A stretch of DNA of 63,431 nucleotides, filler included, from Neoconidiobolus thromboides FSU 785 (lineage: Eukaryota > Fungi > Entomophthoromycota), in the NCBI GenBank assembly GCA_025603075.1. It is 9 parts of 9 records of this genome, joined end to end, with 100 filler letters (N's around TTAATTAATTAA, not from the genome) between each part and the next. Parts side by side here need not be neighbours in the genome. Positions count along the whole stretch, not along the records: positions 20,116 to 50,740 come from MU626485.1; 8 more parts are not named here. One strand, written 5' to 3'. The notes beneath the pieces are model-generated. The model searched no databases. It saw nothing but the letters and a program-made list of their open reading frames with translations, and was not told where the DNA came from. Made by a program: the position numbers and the translations under genes. Shown here piece after piece: positions 37,535 through 49,890 of the stretch (the stretch's first letter is position 1; each line of letters begins with the position of its first letter).

Positions 37535-39912
37535 ATGGAAGATGTGAATTTAGATTTTAATGATACATTAGACGATGATTTAATTCAATGTTTTTTAACT
37601 AACAATAATGATAATAATAATAATGAAATACAACAAAACATCAATAATCTTACTGAAAATAGAGAAAAGATAAATAATATACAGTCCAATTTACTGATTG
37701 ATTTAACTGAAAGTCCAAATAAACTACATATTAAACAAAAGAAGGATGTTGATGAAGGTATTAAAACATTATTAAGCGTTTATAAGTTAATAATACTAAT
37801 AATTTTAATTTTAGATTCTTTAATTATATTGTCTTCAAGAGAAAATACACAAATCAGTAAATTTAAATATTTGTTTATTTTAATTAATATTAATAATTTT
37901 AGTCAACGAAGAAAGTGATAAAATGATAAACAAATTAAATGAAGGTAAATAGAAACTCTAATTATTTAAATGATATAATAATAATAATAATATTTTTATA
38001 ATAGACAGGCTATTTGATTTAAGTTTATCTCCAGTCAATAATTACTTAATAGAAACAAATAAGTTAAGTGAAGGTAATTATTAGTTAATTGTATTTAAAA
38101 AGTTAATATTAATTTTTTTACATTTCTAAATAACCTAGAAGATTTATTAAGTTTAAGTATATCACCAATTAAAAATTATATACCACAATTAAATTCAGCT
38201 TCTTCATTCAAAACGAAAGTTAATAAATGTAAATTTATTAGTATAGTTAATTAATACAAGTTATGATATTAATAAATTATTATAGCACCATTAGTATTAA
38301 ATGATGTTGATAATGAAAATATAATAAAATATAATAAAATAAATAATATTGAAAACAATATTGAAAATAATATTGAAAATGATATTGATTTTAGTGACGT
38401 AGAAGTAATGGAAGGTAAATAATAGTAATAGTTTAATTAATTAGTCATCTTATAAATTATTTTTTAGAATTAAGTTTATTAAATAAAAATAACATATTAA
38501 CTTTAAATAAAAATAATTCGATACCTTATAATAAAAATAACTCAGTACCTTACAATAGAAACATTTTAAATGAAGGTAAATTTAAATCAATTATTATGCT
38601 ATATTAATTGATATTTGATATTCTATTTAGATAACAATACTCATTTATTAGATAATAGTATGGATTTTAATATATCAAGTAATTAATTAATATAAAACAA
38701 ATATATTAGTATATTAATATTAATATTAATATTAATCTTTTTATTATAAAATTAGATTTATCTAAAGCAAAGTCATTTGATAGTTCAATGATTCAACAAA
38801 ACTCCTTCGATAACAGCAAAATTCAAGTAACAATACATCAAAAAATATACCAAAAATACAGTCTACAAGAAATAGAAAGCTTGATTAATAATTTACCAAT
38901 ATCGATTATAAAATACAATATTGATAATTTTATAAATTTAGTTTATTTAAAGAAAAAAATAGATAAAATTCAATATAATAATCAAAACCATTCATTATTA
39001 AAACCTATTTTTATGGAATTATATCATTTGTTTATTCTTTGGGATGCCATTGAATTATTTTATATGTTAAAAAATGGTAAGCTTATTATTAATAATATTA
39101 TATTAAATATAAGTTTAACATTTTTGATGTAGAAAAATACCTTCCTGATTATGATTTTAATTTAATACAAAAATTATATCCATATCATCAAATCAATATT
39201 TTATTAATAGGAAATCAAAAACATCAAAAAGAAATTCAATATAATATTAATTTACAGTTTAAAAATTATGTTAATAATAATCAAAATAATAATAATAATA
39301 AATTCAAAACTGGGGATTTAAATTTAATTGGCAATTATTTATTTGAGCTGCAATTTAATAATGATAAGTTACAAATTATTGAATTCGATAGTGAATTATT
39401 AGCATTAAAATTTACTACTCATTATGCTAAATGTTTAATTTTAGAGTAAGTTTTGTTTTATATATCTAATAATATTAATAATATTTAATTAATAATTTAA
39501 TTTTAATTGTTAATAGTATTGATGAAGAAGAATATGAATATGGTTGGTTGCAATCTAATATTAAAAAACATTTAGAAGAAAGTACTTGGTTTTCAGCTAT
39601 ATTACAATTTATTCCTGGAGTGACTAGAAATATTAGTACTACTATCTTAAATCAATATAAAACATTAAATGGATTATTAACTAAATTAAACATTCATAAA
39701 AATATAGATTCCAATCAAAAAGAAAAATGTATCAATCAATTAGCTAGTTTAAATGTAAGTTTGAAATTCTATAAAGCTATCTATTTATTTGTTTTATTTT
39801 ATTTATATAGATACAATTAGTAAACAACACACAACGAAAATTAGGGATTACGATAGCTAAGAGAATATTGAATCTATTTTGGAATAATGAGTTCGATGTT
39901 TTAATAGCATAA
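37535..39912 (+). CDS. EME1: Crossover junction endonuclease non-catalytic subunit Eme1/Mms4-like (multi-exon)
   Basis: Low-complexity N-terminus; ERCC4-like middle (ILWDAIELF, ELQF); C-terminal LQFIPGVTRNISTTILNQYKTLNGLL and RKLGITIAKRILNLF HhH-type motifs. Confidence 0.65.
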
Positions 39913-39929
39913 ATATGATAATACACTAT

Positions 39930-40484
39930 TTATTCATCTTCAATGATACAACTAATGGATAAAAACAGAGTAATAAAAAAATTGATATCCCATTGCAATT
40001 TGGTAATTAAAATAAATTCATTGCTGTTCTTCATTTTCTTTAATATTACTAAACTAATTTGATTATGACTTAATCTCCATTCTTTTGATAAACTATTATA
40101 TGTCCATTCAAGGGCTAACTTATTATATTTTAAACAATATTCTTTTTTTAGTAAACTTAAATGGTTTGCTTTAGAACTTAATTTTAAACTTGATTTAACA
40201 TTGGAATTTACCATTTTTATTATGTATTTACCTTGGATTAAATGGAATAAATTACATTGCATTAAAGCAAGGATTTGCTTATTGGAGTCGATTAGTAGTT
40301 TATTGTTATTATTACCATTAAAACAATAGTAAGTTTTGAAATCGGAAGTTATAATGAGATGATCGACATCTTTTTTTATTTGAATGGTTAATGAAGGTTG
40401 TTTAATATTGTGACCGCTGATTATCAATGGGCTGATAGTATTATCAAATACATTATTAATCACTGAAGATTTAGTAGAAATCAT
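39930..40484 (-). CDS. Hypothetical protein (184 aa)
   Basis: Uninterrupted ORF with beta-rich, globular-looking composition; no family recognised. Confidence 0.45.
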   Translation of the reverse strand: MISTKSSVINNVFDNTISPLIISGHNIKQPSLTIQIKKDVDHLIITSDFKTYYCFNGNNNNKLLIDSNKQILALMQCNLFHLIQGKYIIKMVNSNVKSSLKLSSKANHLSLLKKEYCLKYNKLALEWTYNSLSKEWRLSHNQISLVILKKMKNSNEFILITKLQWDINFFITLFLSISCIIEDE

Positions 40485-42183
40485 TGATGTTTAAAAAGTA
40501 AAAGTTATTCAAACTAAAAACATAGCTTACTTTTTCATTTAAATACCTTTATTTCATGGTTTGTTTGATTTAGTTCTATTTTCAAGCCTATCAACTATTA
40601 GTTTTATGTTACACATGCTATTTAGCACCATGTAATTATTTTAGGATTAATTAAAAGTGGTGGATGATAATATTAAATCACTAAGGTTCAGTTTTGGCCT
40701 TTTTCTCAATCAAAATCAATAACAGCCTATGAATTGAATCAACTTTTGCATTAAATTTGAAGCTTTATGTTGAATTGAAAATATATAGTTTAAACTTCAT
40801 TAAAATCTATACTATTTGATTGGATTTAAAAAATATATTTTTCATAATAACTAATTTTAGTAATAACTTACAAACAAAATGAAAAATAAACTCAACTTTA
40901 TTGAATTTAGTTCAGCTGTTATTTCAATAGTCTTTAAATGAACCCATTTGTTTCTAAGCATTCATTTCTATATTCTAAATAAATCTATAAAAATAATATC
41001 CAAAATGGAATTTCTTATATAATACTGTTTAATATCTATTACAATATCTTTATTACCAGTATTAATAATTTTATTTCTATTTTTTGTTGAGATAATTTAT
41101 CACTATGTATCTAACCTAATAAATGATTTAAAGATGAATTTTTAGAACTAGTTTTAATAATGAACGCAATAAATAACTTTAAAAAAAATATAGCTTTTGA
41201 GTATATGATATGGTATCTTAATAAATCCCATAATCTTTTTATACTACTACTCTTAGTAAAGTATTTGTAGAAGAATTATATAGACAATAATATAATAATA
41301 AATCAGAGTTTTAGTATTTTGAGATTTTGACTATTTTTCAAAAAAGTATGAACTATTTCTCAGAAATTCTAATTAAAGCATCTTATATTTATAGTAATAT
41401 TTTTTTTATATTCGAATAAATAATCAACATTATTATGATCTTATCTTTTATTTAAAAACATATTATTGAACTAGTTGAAGTATTGATAATTAACTTTAAT
41501 TTCAAACCGAAAATTTTAGGAAAATGCAATAATAATTTTCAAAAAAACTTATCCTTTAAATATAAGAAATATACTTTATTCAACATTAAAGCGATAGACT
41601 TTACACCACTACTCCGAGGTATATATTTATATGATTTTTACTGAAAAAAATAACAAAATAATAAATTCAATTCCTATAACATTTTGAAATTTACACTACT
41701 TTGCAAAGAATCAAACAGAGCATATCATCTTTAAATAGATACTAAATGACTAATAGAACCTCATATTTTGTTTAAAAATACACTATCAAACCAGTTGAAG
41801 TATTAGCAATCAAGTCAAATAAACAGAAAAAATATCTAAATAAGGGAATATTCGAATTTTCAATTGCTAGAATTACAATGACAATAACATTCAAAACTTG
41901 AATAAAAAATAACAAAAGATCAATATTATATCATTAAATTTAAAAATAAAAAATAAAACATGTCGATATTCTTGAGTCTAAAAAAGTATCAAAATTGACA
42001 TTGAAATAGCTCAAAATAGTCTTATAAAATTTTAAAAATAAAATAAACCGAAAATCAAAGGTTCATTGACGTTTATTTATAACAATTAAAAAAAAGATAA
42101 TTAAAAACTATATAAACGAATAAAAGATATTTGAATCGGTTTATAACTCATTGAAATTTTAACTTCAAAATAAATCATAACAA

Positions 42184-42951
42184 ATGAAACTTTCGATTTA
42201 TCTTTTATTTTTAGGATTAGTCAGTGCTGCTAACCTTTTATCGAATGATGCGTCTATCAAATTAGTTGGTGGAACAGAAGTATCCCCAAAATTCAAATAT
42301 CCTTGGATAGTCTCTTTAAACAATCAAGATACTCATATTTGTGGAGGAACCCTTATTAACTCTAATACTATCATCACCAACGCGGGTTGTATTTATGGTA
42401 ACATAACGGAATGGACCGCCAAAATTCATCGCCATGATTTAAGTTTAACAGAACTGGAAGAGAATGGAAAGACTTTTAGTATAAAAAGTTGGATCGCTCA
42501 TCCTTTATATTCTCGATCCGATTACTATGATATTTCATTATGGAAATTGGATGGTAATTTTAATTTATCTACGATTATTCAATTGGACCAAGGTGATTTA
42601 TCTAATACTGAGAAACTAACTTTAAAGATTATTGGTTGGGGGGCTACTCAATCGGGTGATGGTTCAATACCACTTCTTAGGGAAATTCATCAAAGTATTG
42701 TTAATAATGAAAAATGTAAATCACGTTACTCCTATTTTAAAAAAGAATTATTGTTCTGTGCTTCTAATGGAGGTTATGAAAATCCATGCTATGGGGATCA
42801 AGGCTCTCCTTTATTTTTGGAAGATGGGAATACGTTCACCTTAGTTGGTCTTTCTTCTATTAGTCTTGATTGTGGCGCTAGACATTACCCCCATGTTTAT
42901 ACTCGTGTTTCAAGTTTATTACCGTTTATTCAGAAACATATTAATTTTTAA
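42184..42951 (+). CDS. Secreted trypsin-like serine protease homologue, catalytically dead
   Basis: Signal peptide, LVGG, CGGTLI and six conserved Cys, but AAHC is replaced by NAGC and GDSGGP by GDQGSP. Confidence 0.9.
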   Translation: MKLSIYLLFLGLVSAANLLSNDASIKLVGGTEVSPKFKYPWIVSLNNQDTHICGGTLINSNTIITNAGCIYGNITEWTAKIHRHDLSLTELEENGKTFSIKSWIAHPLYSRSDYYDISLWKLDGNFNLSTIIQLDQGDLSNTEKLTLKIIGWGATQSGDGSIPLLREIHQSIVNNEKCKSRYSYFKKELLFCASNGGYENPCYGDQGSPLFLEDGNTFTLVGLSSISLDCGARHYPHVYTRVSSLLPFIQKHINF

Positions 42952-43382
42952 TATAATAAATGTAACAATATATTTTATTGAATTTTTGAATAAATTTAAA
43001 TCATTCTAATGAATTATTTTTCTATTGATTTAGTTGTATAGTAAGCTTATTACTATTACTTCATTCCTAAATTGCATAAAAATAAGTTTACTAGAAACTA
43101 ATAAGTTAATATCATAGTTTGACAATAAACTAATTTTAGAAGAGACGCTCATTATTAGACTGCTATTCTTTTCAATTTCGTTGTTAATCTTTTAAAATTT
43201 ATAAGTATAGTTTTATATTAATTAATGGTTTTACTATATATACTATCTTAAATAATAATGGTATCCAAAATGTCAACTTTAACTGTAATTATTATAAATA
43301 ATAATAGAAAAGTATCCTTTAAATAGGGTATTAGAAAACCTCATATATACTATAGTTTATTGAAATGACAATTTTATATACT

Positions 43383-43488
43383 ATATGGAGATGTGTTTTT
43401 TTGTTTAAAAATTTTACTACAATCTTTCCACCCAAATAGCGCTTAAAAAATGGAAAAAATAATGAAGTCAAAAAAAATAGCCTCATAT
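43383..43488 (+). mobile_element. 105-bp MITE-like repeat copy
   Basis: atatggagatgtgtttttt...caaatagcgcttaaaaaatggaaaaaataatgaagtc...cctcatat. Confidence 0.85.
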
Positions 43489-43679
43489 AAAGAAACTAAA
43501 TAGCTAATGTAAAAAGCCCCAATGTTAAATGTTTTAAAGTATTTAGGAGATTTCACAAAATTAAAGTATGATAATATCAACTTGAAAGTTAGAAACCATT
43601 GTTCTATTTATAATTTAAGAAATAACTAGTTTTTATCTCAGAACTGTTAATTAATTGGTTGATTTTAAACTCCCAATCT

Positions 43680-43707
43680 CGCGTTCATTAAATCTTCAAC
43701 TTTCGCG
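43680..43707. promoter_or_regulatory. Paired CGCG (MCB/SCB/E2F-like) G1/S elements upstream of SLD2
   Basis: CGCG at 43680-43683 and TTTCGCG at 43701-43707 (reverse complement CGCGAAA), 160-190 bp before the ATG in very GC-poor DNA. Confidence 0.55.
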
Positions 43708-43869
43708 TTTTAAAATTATACTAAATTTAAGCTTGACTTCCCATAATATTAGCTAGCTTTAATTGGTTAAGCTATATTAAAGTTAGTTAATTTGGTTAAT
43801 TATAAAATTATAAAAATCGAATATTTTATCTCATAATTTAATAGCTTATTCTTTATATAAAATAGTATA

Positions 43870-45560
43870 ATGTGTGACAAGTCAGAAAATAAGGCAATTG
43901 ATTTACAGGATAGCTTGGCTAAGAAAAAAACAAGTGAAAAAGAAGATAAAGAGTACAATGGACTTTATACAAAACTTAATAAATATAAGACAATGATAAA
44001 GAATTGGGAATATAATTTCAAAAAAAAGTATAATAGGGATCCTAGAGTTGAAGATATTGATGACTTTCCAGTTATGGGTAAATAATAATAACTTTTATCG
44101 AGTTTTCATTAATACATTTTTAGTTAAGAATTATAAAATGTACGCCGAAATTAAAAAGAATCTCATGAGGAATTTTACAGAAAGGTATAAAGAAGATGTA
44201 GAAAAGATAAAAAGGGGATCGAAAGAAAAATCTATGATTAAAAATAAAGAAGAAAAGAACAACATTAATGAAATCAAAGATACATCTATTGAAGAAATAA
44301 AAGCTTTTATTTCCCCTGAAAAGAGCAATTTGGCGAATCCAAGTAATGAAACATCAATAACTCATTTCTTGAATCAAACTAAGGCTCTTTCAGAAATGAG
44401 GTCCGCGTCACTCCCAGAATTTAAGAAAGAAGATGACATTGAAGAACAAAAAGCTAATATTCAAGTAAAGGAAGTTATTGAAAAAGAAGAAGAGATAAGA
44501 AGTTTAAAAGAATATGATGAAAATAAGGAAGATTTTTATTATCCACCTACCCCGGAAAACAATTGTTCTGAAATTGATGAACTTCCAGTTGATAATGAAT
44601 CTAGAATCTTAGATAGGGAGGAAATACATGGAAATCATTCTATAGAAGCAACATCATCTATGGAAATACCACCACCAACTGCTTTTAGTAAGCTATTTGT
44701 AGAAACCCCAGTTTATTGGCAACAATTGATGGCGAAATTTATTGTACCAAAAGGCCATCCAAAATACATGGATCGAGAATTAATGAAACAGGCAAAAAGA
44801 ATTTGTGATTGGACACAATATATGTTAGTTAAACACTTTGGCGATATACTTGAAGATCCGAAATTTAGAATTAATAGTTTACCTTCTTATCCGTATGCTA
44901 AACCACTTACACCTTATTCTTTTCGAAAACCAATTCAACGTATCAGAGGTTATCAAACAGCTAAAGAAATTTTAGAAGAAAAAGAAAAAGGATTTATATT
45001 TGAAAGACAAAAATTAAGGGGATGGTTCAATAATCCACGTTTAAATACGAAAAACATTACTACTTATAAACCAAGGCCAAAAGACGAAGACGGTAATGAA
45101 ATACCACTTGTTTATCCATGGACATTTGAGGATGAACATACAGCCAAAGGTGATCCTACACATTATAGGTTTAAATTCCCATTAAAAGAAAAAGATCCTC
45201 GATATATGCTGATTATAGAAAAAATTCGAGGTAGCTAACTTATATCATATTATAAAACTTTTAACTAATAAAATTTTAGCTCAAGAAGAAGCTAAGAGAG
45301 AAGAAGAAGAAAGAAAGATAAAAGAGGAAGAAATGAAGAAGAAAGAAGAAGCAAAAGCTAAAAGAATTGCAAGAAAAGCTGCATCGGATGCTAGAAAGAG
45401 TAAACCTAAAACAGGGTTAAAAGATTCAGATTTAGTTTCAACTAATTTTGTTAAAATGGATACTAGAAGAGGGAAGTATCGTACTGGAACTGGTAAACCT
45501 AAAGGTGCATCTAGAATTAAGATATCTAAATATTGTAAAGAACCAAGGAGAAGACCTTAA
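43870..45560 (+). CDS. SLD2: DNA replication regulator Sld2/Drc1-like (two introns)
   Basis: N-terminal KTMIKNWEYNFKKKYNRDPRVEDIDDFPVM-KNYKMYAEIKK (Sld2/RECQL4 N-domain pattern) and C-terminal VSTNFVKMD in a basic tail. Confidence 0.75.
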
Positions 45561-46884
45561 TTTATTTAATTTAATTATTGTATAGCTTTGGACATTTTTC
45601 TTGTAAAATGTTAAGAGATGTATTCATTATTTTATTCAATGGGATTAGGAATATCTATTTTTGCTTCAGTATTTTGTACACTTTTTAAGTACCCTGTAAT
45701 TTAAAAATCACCAGTTGAATTCTCAAACAAAAGTATAAACATATCATTAAATCGAATGCAAAGGACTGATGATAGTGCCAAAAACTAAGTTGCGAATTTA
45801 CTTTTTTACAAGCTTTGCATTAGTTTTTACATTTTTGTATTTTTATATTTTTATATTTTTATATTATTGAATAATACTTGTGTTCTGGTTTTATTAACCC
45901 TTATCGTATATTAAACAGAAGATTAAGTTGTAAGGAGAATGACTTTTTTGATGTGATACTTGTCTTAAAGTTTGAATTAATAGTTTATAGATATCATATT
46001 AGAAATTTGGTTTCAATTTTAGCACCATATAACTATCTAAATAAATAATAAATTTATGTATTAAACTAGATAATTCATGTTTCATGGTTCAGTTACTTAA
46101 ATATATATTAAATCCCTTAATATCATTTGTATTTTCACTTGACTTTTTTACATTTTTCAGTTTTATCAACCAAGTATTGGAAATATCTTTTTTTTATTCC
46201 AACATTTTGTTCACTATATAACTTATAATTTAATAATCTATTACTTTAATCCTTAACCAGGAAAAAGCACATTCGTATTATTTTAAAATGTAAGTGTGAC
46301 TTAACAGAGTTATCAGAGTTAACATATAGTTTTATAATTTATCTAAATTTATTTAAATAACTACAAATTTAATATATTTAGAGTACCCAAAATCTTCTCC
46401 TTTAACAATTTAGTTAACAAGTTCAAGAATAATGACTAAAAAAAACAAACTTAAAATGATTTTTTAGCAAGCTATTTTGACCTCCTCCCTATTACAAAAA
46501 CATAGTTGTATAAGGCAGTAAAAAGATCCTTGATGAAAACAAAAGTTGTAAAAATTATATTAAAATTACAGTTATATGTATAATTAAATGCTAAAGAATA
46601 TCTCGCAAGACATATTTGATATTACATAATGAATGATAACATGATAAAGATCAATGAATATGTGCGCAAAAAAAAATATAATTGAAAAAAATAATAAAAA
46701 ATAATAAGGTTAATATTAAAATAGAAAGTCAATGTACAAATTAGACAGGATACAGATTATGAAAATAAGTGATATTACATTAAATACGTGTGACTAGTAT
46801 ATAAAGTAAGCAGACTACAAAAAATAGTCTAAAATTAAACTATAAAAGCTAATCGAAATATTCAAGATTTGTTCAAACAATTCA

Positions 46885-47655
46885 ATGAAATCCTCTCTCA
46901 TTTTTACTCTCTTTGGTGCTGCTATCGCTGGTGAAATTCCTTTGAAAGCTCCACCCAGTCGCATTGTAGGAGGTTATGAAGTATCTCCCAAGTTTAAATA
47001 CTCATGGATGGTATCACTTGACTATGAAAGGTCTCATTTTTGTGGTGGTGCTTTGTATAATGGAAATACTGTCATCTCAGCTGCCCATTGTGTTATTGGA
47101 TCAACTTTATCATGGACTGCTCGTATACATCGTCACAACTTAAATGCTACTGAATCTTCTGAACAAGGAAAAACTTACAAAATCAAATCTCGTATTTCTC
47201 ATCCAAGCTATAAAGCTGATACAAATGCTTATGATATTGCTATTTGGAAACTTGATACTGCGGCTGGACCATTAACTGAAATCAAGCTTGATTCCGGAAA
47301 ATATGCCAATGCTGATAATACTCTTCTCAAGGTTATTGGATGGGGTGATACCACTGAAGGGGGGAACTCTTCATCAATCCTTTTAGAGGTTGGGGTTCCA
47401 GTATTGAACGCTGATAGATGTAAAAAGTCTTATAAAAACTTAGACAATAAATCACAATTTTGCGCTGGATATCCAGAAGGAGGTAAAGATTCTTGTCAAG
47501 GTGATTCTGGAGGGCCAATATTTGTTCAAGAAGGTTCGAATTCAATATTGGTTGGTGTCGTATCATGGGGTGAAGGTTGTGCTCGAAATGGTAAGCCAGG
47601 GGTATATACTCGTATATCTGCTGTTACTGATTTTATTAACAAAAACTCCAAATGA
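46885..47655 (+). CDS. Secreted trypsin (S1A), catalytically intact
   Basis: Signal peptide, R|IVGG activation site, SAAHC, YDIAI, KDSCQGDSGGP (Asp189 specificity), SWGEGCA, PGVYTR. Confidence 0.97.
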   Translation: MKSSLIFTLFGAAIAGEIPLKAPPSRIVGGYEVSPKFKYSWMVSLDYERSHFCGGALYNGNTVISAAHCVIGSTLSWTARIHRHNLNATESSEQGKTYKIKSRISHPSYKADTNAYDIAIWKLDTAAGPLTEIKLDSGKYANADNTLLKVIGWGDTTEGGNSSSILLEVGVPVLNADRCKKSYKNLDNKSQFCAGYPEGGKDSCQGDSGGPIFVQEGSNSILVGVVSWGEGCARNGKPGVYTRISAVTDFINKNSK

Positions 47656-48214
47656 GAGTACATTGAAATTTTAATAAACTTATAAATTACTTTAAAACTA
47701 TTCAATACTGCTTTATAAACGTAGGAAATTACTAAAATTTTGATTGTTTCCAATTTTATTAAACTTCGCTATTCTTTGAAAGGTTTGAAGTAGAAGTATC
47801 GTCAAATCGATGATTCTTTTAATTTATAAGCATTGTAATTTAGCTATAATTATGGACAAAACTAGGTTTATAATACAGTTGGTTTTAAGCTTTATAATTA
47901 TGTAATCAGTTCTCATTTTATTTGGCTTTTCTAAAAATGTAGTTTATTTTTATGATTAGATTTTTTTGGAATCCTAAACCACAGGAGTAACAAATCGATT
48001 TAATAAATTATTTTTATGCTAGCAAAATTTTGATTTCAAAAGCTAAATTAAAATTAACTAATAAAAGTTTATAATATATAAATATATATATATAGCTCAG
48101 TAAAAAAGCAAATAGAAGGCTGAAATATATATGTTTATCTATCGAATTTTAGTAAATCATCTAAGATAACAAAACGGAATAAACTTGTTAAACTAACGAT
48201 AAATATATCTTAAC

Positions 48215-48320
48215 ATATGAGGATGTTTTTTTTGGCTTCATTACTTTTTCCACCCTGCAAGTGCTATTTGAATGAAAAAATTGCTAGTAAATTCTTAGAC
48301 ACAAAAATACATCCCCGTAT
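48215..48320 (-). mobile_element. 105-bp MITE-like repeat copy (reverse)
   Basis: atatgaggatgttttttttggcttcattactttttcca...atacatccccgtat. Confidence 0.85.
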
Positions 48321-49101
48321 TAATATATAGATATAAAATATTAACAATTACCATTTTAAAATATATTTTTTATTCAGCTAAAATACTTTTTTAGTTTTTT
48401 AATAGTTGTATATAGAAATTGATTTTGGAATATACTAAAATTAGTTTGAATGGGTATTATAGCGTTAAAAGTCAATATATAAATATATAGTCAATTAACT
48501 TATTGATTTTTTAAAATCTAAAAAACACAAACATTAGATAATTTGAAAATAATATTAAAATATATATATAATATTGACTTTAAATAAAAACAATATAAAT
48601 GTAATGTCATGATAATATAACAACTCAATTCAAAATTAAGCAAGGAATACAGTTAATTCAATATTTATTATAATATGTAAGGGGTCTTTCTGTTTAATGT
48701 GGCTTGAATAGTTTAAAAACTAAAGAATGAATTGTTTGAAAAACTTGGTTGGGAGTATGGGGACTTTGTGGTAGTTACATGCTCTATTTATATTATAGGG
48801 CCATATCAAAAGTAATGGTAATTTTCTGATCAATAAGGGTAAGGCAAGGCTATCAATGCTATAACAACGAATATTTTTTATAGTAGAAAATAAAATTGTT
48901 TTGGATTGAAGAATATTGTAATTAGTTACCCGTGCCACAATCCTTTAGTAAAAAGTTATGGATTTTAGGAGTAGCTTTGAATAATATTAGATGGTAACTG
49001 GCAATTAAATGCTTTAAAGGCAGGATTTTAAATAAGCATGTTTATTTTAAAACTAGAACAAAGATGAAAAATTGTTTATTAGGAGGATTGCTTATGGACA
49101 T

Positions 49102-49200
49102 ATATGAGGGTGTTTTTTTTTAGTTTGTTCACTTTTTCCATTTGTTAAGCGCTATTTGAGTGAAAAGATCGCTAATAAAATTCTTAAGCAAAAAAATCCA
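49102..49200 (-). mobile_element. MITE-like repeat copy (reverse, one end eroded)
   Basis: atatgagggtgttttttt...ttccatttgttaagcgctatttgagtgaaaag. Confidence 0.8.
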
Positions 49201-49466
49201 AATAATAAACAGTATTGTTAGATTAACTCAGAATTAGATGTCTTTTGTTGTTTTTGGTTTATAGTCAATTTTTTCTAACACGAAGTTAAGAGCCACAGGC
49301 TTCCTTATATTCTTGAGTTCATGTTAATATATTTTAACTTCAAACTAAAAATAACGGAAGACATCTAGCTGCAACCTGCTCTTCTATAGAATTTCTGTTT
49401 TTTAATTAGCAAGTACTACCAAAAATGGACCTTTAAATTATGTATGATTTGTAAGGTAAAAAGAAC

Positions 49467-49673
49467 ATATGGGGGTGTTTTTTTTGGCCTTATTACTTTT
49501 TCTATCCTTTAAGCGCTATTTAAGTGAAAAGATTATTAGTAAAATTCTTAAACACAAAAACACATCCTTATATGGTGGACATTTTTTGTTTGAGAATTTT
49601 ACTGACAATTTTTCTATTTAAGTAGTACTCAACAAATGGAAGAAGTGATAAAATCAAAAAAACATCCTCATAT
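49467..49673. mobile_element. Back-to-back MITE-like pair (49467-49573 reverse, 49570-49673 forward) sharing one ATAT
   Basis: ...cacatcctt|atat|ggtggacattttt...; both copies carry the family core. Confidence 0.8.
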
Positions 49674-49890
49674 TCTATAAATATACCAGCTCGGGACAAC
49701 ATTCGTGGATAAAATGTATAAAAAGAATTTCTTAGTCTTCGTAAAGTACGCAGTTATGAATAATAAATAACACGCAGTATCCTTTTTAATTATTCTCAAA
49801 GCACTTAACATTGCGAATCTTTACCAAATTTAAGTCCATTACCAGTCTATAAATTAAAGTGGGAGAATTCTTAAAATACTAAAATTTAAA

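Noticed and set aside
48680-49030. GC-richer patch resembling a decayed retroelement or gene
   Set aside because: All frames are broken by stops and I could not recognise any RT, RNase H or integrase motif; TBLASTX would be needed.
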